DNA of 64,000 nt from assembly GCA_963761335.1 (NCBI GenBank), contig CAVXGR010000018.1:128001-192000 (forward strand), in the 5' to 3' direction. The notes under the pieces are model-generated. The model saw nothing but the letters and a program-made list of their open reading frames with translations. It had not been told where the DNA came from and did not search any database. This DNA comes from an uncultured delta proteobacterium (GTDB lineage Bacteria > Desulfobacterota > Binatia > HRBIN30 > BPIQ01). Shown piece by piece: positions 19,005 through 29,143 of the stretch; within the stretch, counting starts at the first letter, position 1; every line of letters starts with the position of its first letter. The position numbers were made by a program, and so were the translations under genes.

Positions 19005-20240
19005 ATGATATCCGTCCAGGAGGCACTGCGACTGGTCGTCGAGGATCTCGAGCCCCTGGGGAGTGAGCGCGTGATGCTGCGCTCGGCGCGGGGACGCGTC
19101 CTCGCCGAGCCGGTGGTGGCGCTGCGGGACGTGCCGCCATTTCGCAACTCGGCGATGGACGGCTATGCGGTGCGCGCCGCCGACGTGGAGAGCGCCGCCA
19201 CTGCGCCGGTGGGGCTGCGCATCCTGGAAACCGTCGGGGCCGGCTCGGCGCCGACACGGAGCGTCGAGCCGGGCAGCGCCACCAAGATCATGACCGGATC
19301 GCCGATGCCGTCCGGCGCCGATGCGGTGGTCAAGGTCGAGGACACCACGGAGGCGGATGGCCGGGTTCTGGTGCGCGCCGCCGTCGAGCCCGGGGCCAAC
19401 GTGCGTGAGCCGGGCGAGGACATGCGCAGCGGCGAGGCCGTGCTCGATGCCGGCCGCTGTCTGCGGCCGGCGGACATCGGCCTGCTCGCCTCTCTCGGCA
19501 TCGCCGGTCTTCTGGTGCACCGTCGTCCCCGCGTCGCCATCCTCTCCACCGGCGACGAGCTGGTCGATGTCGGCGAGCCCTTGGGGCCGGGGCAGATCGT
19601 CAACAGCAATGCGTACACCCTGGCCGCGGCCGTGGAGGAGGCCGGAGCCGAGGCCGTGGTGCTCGGCATCGCCCGCGATCAGCCGGAGACCCTGCGCGCC
19701 GCGCTGGCTTCGGCGCTCACCGCCGACGTGGTGCTGTCGACCGGCGGCGTCTCGGTGGGGAGCTTCGACTACGTGCGACGCGTGCAGGCAGAGCTGGGGG
19801 TTTGCGAGAAGTTCTGGCGCGTGTCGCAGAAGCCGGGCAAGCCGCTGAGCTACGGGCTCCACGGCTCCACTCCCGTCTTCGGCTTGCCCGGGAATCCGGT
19901 CTCGACTCTGGTGTGCTACTACATCTACGTCCTACCGGCGCTGCGGCGGCGCATGGGAGACGAGCGCCCGTACCTGCCGGCGGTGTCCGCCGAGGTGAGC
20001 GACGACATGCGCAAGGTGGCCGGGCTCACCGAGTTCATCCGCTGCGGCGTGAGCTGGTCCGCGGACGGCGGTTACCGGGTGCGCTCGACCGGCTCGCAGA
20101 GCTCCGGGGTGCTGCGCTCGATGTCCGCGGGGGAGGCGCTGGTGGTCGGCCCGCCGGAGCTGAGCGTGCTGCCGCGGGGCTCGACGGCGCGCGCCATTCT
20201 CCTGGCTCCCGGCGGGGCGGCCGCCGTGCCGCCGTTCTGA
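19005..20240 (+). CDS. moeA: Molybdopterin molybdotransferase MoeA
   Basis: SAMDGYA, IMTGSPMP, STGDEL, STGGVSVG, KPGKP and GLPGNP motifs. Confidence 0.95.
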   Translation: MISVQEALRLVVEDLEPLGSERVMLRSARGRVLAEPVVALRDVPPFRNSAMDGYAVRAADVESAATAPVGLRILETVGAGSAPTRSVEPGSATKIMTGSPMPSGADAVVKVEDTTEADGRVLVRAAVEPGANVREPGEDMRSGEAVLDAGRCLRPADIGLLASLGIAGLLVHRRPRVAILSTGDELVDVGEPLGPGQIVNSNAYTLAAAVEEAGAEAVVLGIARDQPETLRAALASALTADVVLSTGGVSVGSFDYVRRVQAELGVCEKFWRVSQKPGKPLSYGLHGSTPVFGLPGNPVSTLVCYYIYVLPALRRRMGDERPYLPAVSAEVSDDMRKVAGLTEFIRCGVSWSADGGYRVRSTGSQSSGVLRSMSAGEALVVGPPELSVLPRGSTARAILLAPGGAAAVPPF

Positions 20241-20246
20241 GGCGCC

Positions 20247-20726
20247 GTGTCATTGCGGATCGGACACGGCTTCGACATCCACCGCCTGGTGGAGGGGCGG
20301 CCGCTGCGTCTGGGCGGCATCGAGGTGCCCTTCGACCGCGGTCTCCTCGGGCACTCTGATGGCGATGCGGTGTTGCACGCCGTCGGCGATGCCCTGCTGG
20401 GCGGGATCGGCGCCGGCGACATCGGCCGGCACTTCCCCGACGACGACCCGCAGTGGCGCGGTGCGGACAGCGCTCTGCTGCTGGCGCAGATCGTCTCGCT
20501 GGTCGGCGAGCGCGGCTTCGCGGTGGGCAACCTCGACGTGACCGTCCTGGCGGAGCGGCCGCGGCTGGCGCCGCATCTCGACGCCATGCGGGCGCGCCTC
20601 GCGGCCCTGCTTGGCGTCGCCGCCGAGCGGGTGAACCTGAAGGCGAAGACCATGGAGGGCCTCGACGCCGTGGGGCGGGGCGAGGCGATCGCCGCGACTG
20701 CCGTGGTGCTGCTGGAGAAGAGGTAG
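20247..20726 (+). CDS. ispF: 2-C-methyl-D-erythritol 2,4-cyclodiphosphate synthase
   Basis: RIGHGFDIH, GHSDGD, GDIGRHFPD and KAKTMEG motifs. Confidence 0.96.
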   Translation: MSLRIGHGFDIHRLVEGRPLRLGGIEVPFDRGLLGHSDGDAVLHAVGDALLGGIGAGDIGRHFPDDDPQWRGADSALLLAQIVSLVGERGFAVGNLDVTVLAERPRLAPHLDAMRARLAALLGVAAERVNLKAKTMEGLDAVGRGEAIAATAVVLLEKR

Positions 20727-20746
20727 ATCAGTCTCCCAAAAGAACT

Positions 20747-20899
20747 GCCATTTTCGGTTCTCATCCCCCAGTTTTCATCCCGTCGTTTTCCGTTGTTCTG
20801 CGCGGCGGCAAAACCATTTCGCTGCGGCTTGCGCGTGACTGTCAGAGCGAACGGAAGACGATGGGATGAGAACCGGAATGAGAATGGAGAATGAATGGC
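20747..20899. repeat. Imperfect inverted repeat with ~7-nt periodic arms between convergent genes
   Basis: Arm 20747-20800 (...TTTTCATCCCGTCGTTTTCCGTTGTTCTG) mirrors arm 20843-20899. Confidence 0.65.
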
Positions 20900-20964
20900 C
20901 TCCTCACGCCTCGTCGGGTGCAGCGGTGCAGCGGCGGGTTTGGCGGCACCTCCGTCTGATGCTG

Positions 20965-22734
20965 TCAGATGTCGATCACGACATCGCCACGCGGCCGCGA
21001 GCAGCAGATGAGGACGTTGCCCTCGGCGGGCGGGTCGAGCGGCTCGGGGTCGTAGGCGACGCTCCCGGAGACCAGCCCGCTCTCGCACGAGTGACAGACG
21101 CCCGTCCGGCAGGACCAGCGCACCGGCACGTCGCAGGCTTCTGCCAGCTCGAGCAGACTCCGATGCTTCGAGGGCGACCAGTGAACCGCGAGGCCGCTGC
21201 GCGCAAAAGAGACGAGCGGACCGCTTCCAGGGTCGTCGCTCGGCACATGAGGTGCGGGCTGCGCGCCGCCGACGACCCCCGGTGTCATCGCCTCGAGTCC
21301 AGCGAAGATCTCCGTATGGATCCGGTCCGGGGGAACGCCCCGCGCTGCAAGCCCGGCGGTCAGGTCGTGCATGAAGCGCGCAGGACCGCAGAGGTAGAAA
21401 TCGCCGTCGCGCGGCACCGCGAACGCGTCGAGCGTGGCGACATCGAGATGTCCCGCCGCGTCGTAGTCCTGCCCGAGCGTGTCGCCGGCGGCGGGCCTGC
21501 TGTAGCAGACGTAGCTCCGGCCGCGTGCGAGCCCCGCGACGAGGCGTCGCACGTCGAGCGCGAACGCATGGCTCTCGCGGTTTCTCGCGCCGTGGAGCCA
21601 CCAGACTTCGCGACCGGACCTCGAAGCGGCCAGCGCCTCGAGCATGGCCAGCACGGGCGTCGCGCCGATGCCTGCGCTGAGCAGCACGACCGGACCTTCG
21701 CCGGCGCGCAGGACGAAGCCCCCGCGCGGCGCGCTGACGTCGAGGACGTCGCCCACGCGCACGCGGCTCTTCAGATACGCCCCGGCCCTGCCTTGGGGCT
21801 CGATCTTCACGCTCACGCGATAGCCCTCGGCGGAGGGCGAACCCGACAGTGAGTAGCTGCGGTACAGCGGCGGCCGGCTCGGCTCGGGGCGCAGCAAAAG
21901 GACGATGAACTGGCCGGGCAGCGGCGTCGCGAGCGGCCGCTGGTCCGCGGCCCGTAGCCAGAACGAGAGCACGTCGAGGCTCTCGCGCTCGATCCGCGAG
22001 ACCTGGAGCGGCAAGAACCCCGGCGTCGTCGCGGTGAGGGCGGCGGTGGAGAGCCCGGCGTTGCCCGTCGTGCCGACCTGGCCCCCGCCGCCCCGCAGCA
22101 GCGCCTCGAACGACGCGCGCCAGCCAGCCGGCAAGGCGACAATGCGGAGGGCGCGCTCGAGCTCGGTGCGCGGATGGCCCGGCAAGTACAAGAGCGCGTT
22201 GATCTGCTCGACCGTCATGCGCTCTGGGCCTTCGGCGACCTTGACGATCGGGTCGCCGGCGCCGACCTCGCCTTCCTGCAGCACGCGCAGGTAGAACCCC
22301 GGCCTGCCACTCGAGGTCAACAGCGCCGCCATGCGCGGCTCGTTCATGCGGATGCCGACGCGGTAGCAAGTCACGCGCGGCTGGGTCACCTCGAAGAGCG
22401 CGGAGCCGATCCGGTAGCGGTCGCCGACGCACACCTCGTCATCGGGCAATCCCTCGATCGTGAAGTTCTCGCTGAGCTGCCCGTAGGCGAGGTCGGTTCT
22501 CCCGAGGCGCTTCTCCCAGTAGCGATACGACTCGATTTGATACACGAACACCGCGCGGTGCTCGCCGCCGTGGCCGCCGAGATCGCCCTGTCCGTCGCCG
22601 TCGACGTTGAGCCGTCGCACCATGCGCCGTCCCTGGACGGGGTCCTTCCAGATGCTCGTGTGGACGGTCTTGCCGTTCCACAGAATATCGCGCGGAAACC
22701 CGACGTTCACCGATAGCAGGCGCGCCATCGACAT
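20965..22734 (-). CDS. MOSC (YiiM-like) / FAD-NAD oxidoreductase / 2Fe-2S ferredoxin fusion
   Basis: HGGEHRAV, TQPRVTC, RSYS, GIGATP, YLCGP and CRTGVCHSC...C motifs. Confidence 0.92.
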   Translation of the reverse strand: MSMARLLSVNVGFPRDILWNGKTVHTSIWKDPVQGRRMVRRLNVDGDGQGDLGGHGGEHRAVFVYQIESYRYWEKRLGRTDLAYGQLSENFTIEGLPDDEVCVGDRYRIGSALFEVTQPRVTCYRVGIRMNEPRMAALLTSSGRPGFYLRVLQEGEVGAGDPIVKVAEGPERMTVEQINALLYLPGHPRTELERALRIVALPAGWRASFEALLRGGGGQVGTTGNAGLSTAALTATTPGFLPLQVSRIERESLDVLSFWLRAADQRPLATPLPGQFIVLLLRPEPSRPPLYRSYSLSGSPSAEGYRVSVKIEPQGRAGAYLKSRVRVGDVLDVSAPRGGFVLRAGEGPVVLLSAGIGATPVLAMLEALAASRSGREVWWLHGARNRESHAFALDVRRLVAGLARGRSYVCYSRPAAGDTLGQDYDAAGHLDVATLDAFAVPRDGDFYLCGPARFMHDLTAGLAARGVPPDRIHTEIFAGLEAMTPGVVGGAQPAPHVPSDDPGSGPLVSFARSGLAVHWSPSKHRSLLELAEACDVPVRWSCRTGVCHSCESGLVSGSVAYDPEPLDPPAEGNVLICCSRPRGDVVIDI

Positions 22735-22995
22735 GCCCTCTTTTCGGCAACGTAGCCCGAGGGGGACGCGGCCGCAATCTCCACGAGCAGGAGCGAGCCT
22801 GCAAGGGCGGTGTCGCAGAGGCTTGCGGGGCGCCTGCGCTGTGAAGTCGCCGAAGCGCTCGAGCCTCAGCTAGTCTAGCCAGCCGCCGCAAGTCTGAGAA
22901 CTCGTGCGACGAACGGGGCCTTCGCTTACGAACCTCTGCGACTGCAAGTGGCGGGCCGAGTTCGCTTCGGCGTCTCAAGGCGATAACGCTCGAGC

Positions 22996-23475
22996 TCAGG
23001 TGAGTTGGCGGGTTGCGGTGTAGGCCTCGCGGTCGAACTCAAAGGTGCGGGCAAGGACCTGCTTCAACTCGGCGTACTCGGTGGCGAGAGCGTTGCTGGC
23101 CCGAAGGGCGTCACGAAACGCGAGTCGCTGGTGCCAAAGTTCGCTCTCGAAGGGGATGAGGTGAATGTGGTGGGTCCGTAGCTCAAAGGATGGCTTGCAA
23201 AACCAGTGCATCACCTCGGTCTTGTACTCCGCGTACTGGTAGCCGGCGCGACTGAGAACGTCCTTGGCGGGAGCTGACTCGGTCAGGGAGGCCACTCCCA
23301 CCATGACGTCGATGACGGGCTTCGCGCACAGGCCGAGGACCGCGGTGCTGCCCACGTGTTCGATGGGACCACGGAGCCATGGCCTGAGCAACTCCCCAAG
23401 GTAAGTTCTTTCAGTATTGAACTTGCCAACCCACGTTGGATCGTACGGTACGACGTAGACTCGCATCTCGCTCAT
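22996..23475 (-). pseudogene. GrpB (UPF0157) family protein, C-terminally truncated
   Basis: IEHVGSTAV, AKPVID, FRDALR and YAELK motifs. Ends REAYTATRQLT, without the usual terminal K..FI helix. Confidence 0.7.
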
Positions 23476-23482
23476 AGGTGCA

Positions 23483-23573
23483 GTCCAACGGCCTGGCTAA
23501 CGCGATGCCGTTCGGGGGCTGGGGGATGAGGCGCGGCCGGCCTTCGGCCGTCGCCTGGAGCGGCTGGTGCGGC
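23483..23573 (-). mobile_element. Degenerate integron attC-like remnant
   Basis: Minus strand reads GCCGCACCAGCCGCTCCAGGCGACGGCCGAAGGCCGGCCGCGCCT...GTTGGAC (GTTRRRY), 7 nt before the grpB ATG. Confidence 0.5.
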
Positions 23574-23610
23574 CGGCCGACGCGCGCTCTCGCAGGCACG
23601 TCTTCTTCGG

Positions 23611-24174
23611 CTATTTCCCGTCGCCATAGAGATAATGGCGAAGCTGTCCCCGTAGCCTGCCGACCAGCGACGATCCGGCGGCGGCAGGACCCGGCGAGGC
23701 GCTCGGCGCATCCGCCGCCGGCACGGCGTCCCACCACACGATGTCGGCGGCCCTCAGCTGTGCGATCCGCTGAATCGCGGGGATGAGCTGTTGCGCGATG
23801 AGCTGACGATCCGGATCGGCTTGGAAGAGCACGTCGATCTGCGCCAGGCAGCTCTCCGGCCCGACCCCGAAGCTGGGTACCGGGATGGCCTCGGCCACTT
23901 CGTGGACCGCCTGCCTGAGGGCTGGACCGTCGATCTTGCCGAGCGCCGCGCGCGCCGTCGCCCGCGCTTCGTCATCCGGCGTGTCCGCGACGAAGGACAG
24001 GGACAGGTAGTGCATTTCGGATCCGCCACCCTTGGGGCGCGCGATGCGACACAGCCCCGAGACTGGTTGCTGCGCCTCGCGTTCGACGACGAAATCGAAG
24101 AACGCCACCATCTCTTCCCGGGCGTACTGGTCGACGAACTCTTGGATGATGTCGATGGGCTCTTCGCGCTTCAC
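23611..24174 (-). CDS. Hypothetical protein
   Basis: GTG 24174 lies 8 nt after GGAGG; divergent from the kinase operon. Confidence 0.65.
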   Translation of the reverse strand: MKREEPIDIIQEFVDQYAREEMVAFFDFVVEREAQQPVSGLCRIARPKGGGSEMHYLSLSFVADTPDDEARATARAALGKIDGPALRQAVHEVAEAIPVPSFGVGPESCLAQIDVLFQADPDRQLIAQQLIPAIQRIAQLRAADIVWWDAVPAADAPSASPGPAAAGSSLVGRLRGQLRHYLYGDGK

Positions 24175-24262
24175 GATCTTCACCTCCCTGCCGAGACCGC
24201 ATACCGGAGTCCCGTGCAGCCGCATCATTCCTACTCTCTCGGGAGGAACCGTCAAGGATTTC

Positions 24263-25792
24263 ATGATAGCCTCTGCCCCCATCATGAGCCCGCATGCCCA
24301 GCCGCCCGAGCGCGCCGCGCCGCTCCCCAGCGCCGACGGTACGGCGCGATTGCAGCTCCTGTACGAGCTCGCCTGCGCGTTTGCGGCGCTGGTGGATCTG
24401 GATGCTCTCAGCGCCCTGGTGGTGGCGAAATGCCGCGACCTGCTCGACGCCGAGGGCGCCGCGATCCTGTTGCTCGACCCACAGCGCGACGAGCTGTTCT
24501 TTCCTTACGTTGACGACGCGGATCCGGCGGTGGCGGCGCGCCTGCTCCGCCTGCGCTTTCCGGCGGATCGCGGCATCGCCGGCGCGGTGCTGCGGGACGG
24601 CCGGGCGCTTCGCATCGACGACGTCGCCAACGACCCGCGCTTCTACGGCGGCGTCGACGCGCGCAGCGGGCTGGTCACCCGCAGTCTGCTGTGTGCCCCG
24701 CTCAACTCCCGCCAAGGCCGCATCGGCGTCATCCAGGTCCTGAATCGCCGCGATGGTCGGGGCTTCAGCGACGACGATCTGATCTTTCTGGAAACACTGG
24801 CGGCCAGCGTGGCCGTGGCCATCGACAACGCCCGTTTGTACACGCAGCTGAGAGCCTCGGCGGCGCAGCTCGCCGAGTACAATCGTACCCTCGAAGGCCG
24901 GGTGGATGAACGCACCCGGGATCTCCGCGACAAGAATCGCGAGCTCGAGGCCGCGCTGTTGCGTCTGACGACCGCGCAGCAGCAGCTCATCGTGCAGGAG
25001 AAGCTCGCCTCACTCGGAGCGCTCACCGCCGGGGTCGCCCACGAGATCAAGAATCCGCTGAACTTCATCACCAACTTCGCGCAGCTCTCGGGCGAGCTGG
25101 CCACCGAGCTGCGCGCCAGTCTGGCGCTTCACCGCGGAAAGTTGGACGCGGAGGTCTTGGCGGATCTGGACCAGACCTTGGCCGACTTGCAACAGAACGT
25201 CCGGAAGATCGATGAGCACGGAAAGCGCGCCGACCGCATCGTGCGCGGCATGCTCGCGCATTCGCGCGGCAAGCCCGGTACGCGGGAGGTCGCCGATCTC
25301 AACGCCCTGGTGGCCGACTACGTGAACCTCGCCTACCACGGGCTGCGCAGCCAAGACCCCTCTTGCCACGTCACCCTGCATGCGGAGTACGATCCCGCCG
25401 TGGGCGACGTTCCCGTCGTCGCCCAGAGCATCAGCCGCGCCTTCCTCAATCTGATCAACAACGCCTGCTATGCGGCCCGAGAGAGGCAGAAGAAGCTGCG
25501 TGACGCCGGAGGCGATGGAAGCTTCGCGCCGACCGTATGGGTGCGCACCAAGGACATCGGCGACGCGGTCGAGATCCGCATCCGCGACAACGGCGCCGGG
25601 GTTCCCGCCGCGATCCGCGAGAAAGTCTTCGAGCCTTTCTTCACCACCAAGCCCCCGGGCGCCGGCACCGGGCTGGGGCTCTCCATCACCTACGAGGTCG
25701 TCGTCAAGGAGCACCACGGCGAGCTGCGTGTGGAGTCGGAGGAAGGCAGTCACGCCGAATTCATCGTCGTCCTGCCCAAGCAGGCACCGTGA
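24263..25792 (+). CDS. GAF-domain sensor histidine kinase
   Basis: GAF ([10 protein letters not shown]...TRSLLCAPL...IGVIQVLN); H-box [10 protein letters not shown]1 and G2 boxes. Start is 24263 or 24284. Confidence 0.92.
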   Translation: MIASAPIMSPHAQPPERAAPLPSADGTARLQLLYELACAFAALVDLDALSALVVAKCRDLLDAEGAAILLLDPQRDELFFPYVDDADPAVAARLLRLRFPADRGIAGAVLRDGRALRIDDVANDPRFYGGVDARSGLVTRSLLCAPLNSRQGRIGVIQVLNRRDGRGFSDDDLIFLETLAASVAVAIDNARLYTQLRASAAQLAEYNRTLEGRVDERTRDLRDKNRELEAALLRLTTAQQQLIVQEKLASLGALTAGVAHEIKNPLNFITNFAQLSGELATELRASLALHRGKLDAEVLADLDQTLADLQQNVRKIDEHGKRADRIVRGMLAHSRGKPGTREVADLNALVADYVNLAYHGLRSQDPSCHVTLHAEYDPAVGDVPVVAQSISRAFLNLINNACYAARERQKKLRDAGGDGSFAPTVWVRTKDIGDAVEIRIRDNGAGVPAAIREKVFEPFFTTKPPGAGTGLGLSITYEVVVKEHHGELRVESEEGSHAEFIVVLPKQAP

Positions 25793-25829
25793 GCCGCTCA
25801 GGTCCCATTCGGGAGGCTCCCGTCCGCTG

Positions 25830-27935
25830 ATGCGGCAGCGCGGCCTTGCCTTCAAGCTCAGCTTGCTGATCGTTGCCGGCGGCGTGCTCGTCCTGGCGTT
25901 GATGCTGGCCTACAACTATCGCGTCGTGCGCGCCATCATCGTCCGCAATGCCGGAGACAATGCCCGCACGCTCACCCTCGCCACGGTCAACCGTGTCGAC
26001 GCCGTGCTCAAGTCGACGCAGAAGGTGCCGCAGAGCCTCGCCAACGCCCTCGACGACGCAACCTACACGGAGGCGGATCTCACCAAGCTCCTGCGGACGA
26101 GCGTCGCAGAGAATCCGGAGGTCTATGGTGCGACGATCGCCTTCGAGCCGCACGCCTTCGATGCGCAGTCGCTCTACTTCGCCCCGTACTTCTACAAACG
26201 GAACGGCAGCATTGCCTTCACGCATCTCGGCAGCGACACGTACCGGTATTTTTCGATGGACTGGTACCGAATTCCCAAGGAACAAAACCGGGCCACGTGG
26301 ACCGAGCCATACTTCGACGAAGGCGGCGGCGGGATCATCATGTCCACCTACGCGGTGCCGTTTTACCGGTCGGTCGACGGAAGGCGTCGTTTCATGGGCG
26401 TGGTGACGGCCGACGTCTCGCTCGAATGGCTGCGCGACATCGTTTCGTCCATCCACCTCTCGCAGACCGGCTATGCCTTCCTGCTCTCCAAGAACGGCAC
26501 GCTCGTCACCTATCCCCGGTCGACGCTCGTCATGCACGAGACCATCTTCACTCTCGCCGATGCGCGCCACGACGATCGCCTTCACCAGATCGGCAGCGAC
26601 ATGATCAACGGCCGCTCCGGTCTCGTTCTCACGCACTGTATCGATTCCGTCGAGCCCTGCTGGCTGGCCTACGCCTCGGTCCCGGCAAACGGTTGGTCGC
26701 TCGGCGCCATGTTTCCGGAGAACGAGCTCCTCGCCGACGTCACCAGCCTGTACCGGACCATGGTCGTCTTGACGGCCCTCGGCTCTGTGTTCCTGATGGT
26801 CGTCGTAGTGGCCGTGGCGCGCTCGATCACCGGTCCGCTGACGACGCTCACGCGGGCGAGCGAGGACCTGGCGCACGGCAACCTCGAGAGCGCCCTGCCC
26901 GCCGTCGCCTCGAACGACGAGGTGGGGCGTTTGACCACCGCCTTCGGTCGCATGCAGCGCGACCTGAAGCGCTACATCTCCGACCTCGAGGAGACGTCGG
27001 CGGCCCGCGAACGCGCCGCCGCGCAGCTGGAGGAGTACAGCCGGACCTTGGAGCAGAAGGTCGGCGAACGCACCCGGGAGCTGCGCGACAAGAACGCGGC
27101 TCTCGAAACCACGCTGGCGCAGCTCAAGTCGACGCAGGAGCAGCTCGTCGTCCACGAGAAGCTCGCCTCGCTGGGCGCGCTGACGGCCGGTATCGCGCAT
27201 GAGATCAAGAACCCCCTGAACTTCGTCACCAACTTTGCCGTCCTATCGGCAGACATCGCCGATGAGCTGCGCGCCGTCGCGGCAAGTCAAAAGGACAAGC
27301 TGGATGCCGCATCGCTGGCGGACATCGGCGCCTTGCTCGACGATCTGCAGCAGAACGTCGCCAAGATCATCGAGCACGGCCGGCGCGCCGACGGCATCGT
27401 CTGCGGCATGTTGCAGCACTCACAGGCCACGCCGGGCGAGCCGCGCGAGCCGACCGATGTGAACGCCCTGGTGGCGGAGTACATCAGCCTCGCCTACCGC
27501 GGCATGCGCGGACAGAATCCGTCGTTCAACGTGGTTCTCGAAACCGAGTACGATCCGTCGGCCGGCACGATCGCGAGCGCGCCGCACGACCTCGGGCGCG
27601 CCCTCCTCAACATCGTCAACAACGCCTGCTATGCGGCCTACGAGAAATACAGAGCGCTCGGCGACTCGTTTGAGCCGACGGTCTGGGTGCGCACCAAGGA
27701 CCTCGGCGACCGCGTCGAGATCCGCATTCGGGACAACGGCAACGGCGTTCCCGAGGCGATGCGGGACAAGATCTTCAATCCGTTCTTTACGACCAAGCCG
27801 GCGGGGAAGGGCACCGGCCTCGGTCTCTCGATCACCCATGACGTCATTGTGCGGCAGCACCAGGGCGAGCTGCGACTGGAATCCGTGGAAGGGCAGTTCG
27901 CCGCGCTCGTCGTCGTCTTGCCCCGCGCCACGTGA
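25830..27935 (+). CDS. Membrane Cache-HAMP sensor histidine kinase
   Basis: TM, dCache (WTEPYFD...GVVTADV), TM, HAMP (DEVGRL), AHEIKNPL, HATPase; GGAGG upstream. Confidence 0.92.
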   Translation: MRQRGLAFKLSLLIVAGGVLVLALMLAYNYRVVRAIIVRNAGDNARTLTLATVNRVDAVLKSTQKVPQSLANALDDATYTEADLTKLLRTSVAENPEVYGATIAFEPHAFDAQSLYFAPYFYKRNGSIAFTHLGSDTYRYFSMDWYRIPKEQNRATWTEPYFDEGGGGIIMSTYAVPFYRSVDGRRRFMGVVTADVSLEWLRDIVSSIHLSQTGYAFLLSKNGTLVTYPRSTLVMHETIFTLADARHDDRLHQIGSDMINGRSGLVLTHCIDSVEPCWLAYASVPANGWSLGAMFPENELLADVTSLYRTMVVLTALGSVFLMVVVVAVARSITGPLTTLTRASEDLAHGNLESALPAVASNDEVGRLTTAFGRMQRDLKRYISDLEETSAARERAAAQLEEYSRTLEQKVGERTRELRDKNAALETTLAQLKSTQEQLVVHEKLASLGALTAGIAHEIKNPLNFVTNFAVLSADIADELRAVAASQKDKLDAASLADIGALLDDLQQNVAKIIEHGRRADGIVCGMLQHSQATPGEPREPTDVNALVAEYISLAYRGMRGQNPSFNVVLETEYDPSAGTIASAPHDLGRALLNIVNNACYAAYEKYRALGDSFEPTVWVRTKDLGDRVEIRIRDNGNGVPEAMRDKIFNPFFTTKPAGKGTGLGLSITHDVIVRQHQGELRLESVEGQFAALVVVLPRAT

Positions 27936-29143
27936 TGAGGCAGGAGATGCCCATGGAATCATCGGCCACCGGCGCATCGCCGCTGGTGGGGAAGCTGCTC
28001 GTCGTCGACGACGAGCCGGATCTCGAGCTGTTGATCCGACAAAAGTTTCGCCGCCAGATTCGCAACGATCAGTTCCGTTTCGTCTTTGCGCGCAACGGCG
28101 TCGAAGCGTTGCAGAAGCTGCGCGACGAGCCGGACATCGACATCGTCCTGACGGACATCAACATGCCCGAGATGGACGGCCTGACACTGCTGATCAAGCT
28201 GAGCGAGCTCAACCTGCTGCTCAAAGCCGTCATCGTCTCGGCATACGGGGACATGGAAAACATCCGCACCGCGATGAATCGCGGCGCCGCCGATTTTTTG
28301 ACCAAGCCGATCGACTTCCAGGACTTCGAGATCACGGTGACCAAGACCCTGCAGCAGCTGCAGATGCTCAAAGAGGCGGTGCACGAGCACGACCAGCTGC
28401 TGACCATTCGTCACGAGCTCGACCTGGCCCGTGACCTCCAGCAGTCCATCTTGCCCCGGACGCTTCCCGGCTTCCCGCCGCGCACGGACTTCGACATCTC
28501 CGCCACGATGCTGCCGGCCCGTGAGATCGGCGGCGACTTCTACGATTACTTTCTGCTCGACGACGAGCACCTGGCGCTGGTGATCGCCGACGTCTCGGGG
28601 AAGGGGATGCCCGCCGCCCTCTTCATGGCGATCAGCCGCAGCCTTCTCAAGTCGACGGCGCTGCAGCACATGCCTCCCGGCGAGTGCTTGCAGCACGTCA
28701 GCAACCTGCTCTGCCTGGACAATAGCTCGGAGATGTTCGTGACCGTCTTCTACGCGATTCTCAACACGCGCACCGGCGAGATCGTCTACAGCAACGGCGG
28801 TCACAACCCACCCTGCCTGGTCCGGCGTGAGGGCGTCCACCTCCTGCCGGGTACCGGCGGCATGGTCCTGGGCGCCTTCCCCGACGTGCGGTACGACGCC
28901 AAGACGGCCCGGCTGGAATCCGGCGATGCCCTGTTCCTCTATACCGACGGCGTCACCGAGGCGATGGACGGCGACGGCGCCCTGTTCTCGGATCGCCGTC
29001 TTCTGGCATCGCTGAATCAGCTTCGGGAGGCTTCTCCGGAGGCGATGATCCACGGTGTCGTCGAGGAAGTGAAACGCTATTCGGCCGGCGTGCCGCAGAG
29101 TGACGACATCACGGTGCTGGCGCTCACCTATCGGGGATCGTGA
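27932..29143 (+). CDS. Response regulator receiver fused to SpoIIE/PP2C phosphatase (RsbU/RsbP-like)
   Basis: VVDDE...TDINMP...KP receiver; GGDFYD, ADVSGKG, YTDG and DDIT motifs. Confidence 0.93.
   Translation: MMRQEMPMESSATGASPLVGKLLVVDDEPDLELLIRQKFRRQIRNDQFRFVFARNGVEALQKLRDEPDIDIVLTDINMPEMDGLTLLIKLSELNLLLKAVIVSAYGDMENIRTAMNRGAADFLTKPIDFQDFEITVTKTLQQLQMLKEAVHEHDQLLTIRHELDLARDLQQSILPRTLPGFPPRTDFDISATMLPAREIGGDFYDYFLLDDEHLALVIADVSGKGMPAALFMAISRSLLKSTALQHMPPGECLQHVSNLLCLDNSSEMFVTVFYAILNTRTGEIVYSNGGHNPPCLVRREGVHLLPGTGGMVLGAFPDVRYDAKTARLESGDALFLYTDGVTEAMDGDGALFSDRRLLASLNQLREASPEAMIHGVVEEVKRYSAGVPQSDDITVLALTYRGS

Noticed and set aside
9847..22734. DUF1501 cassettes as molybdoenzymes because moeA and a MOSC gene are adjacent
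   Set aside because: No Moco-binding motif was recognised in DUF1501 or DUF1800, and moeA is co-transcribed with housekeeping ispF. Proximity alone is insufficient.
22439..22978. 179-aa ORF between the MOSC gene and grpB
   Set aside because: Overlaps the MOSC gene out of frame and has no recognisable motif; probably non-coding or decayed sequence.
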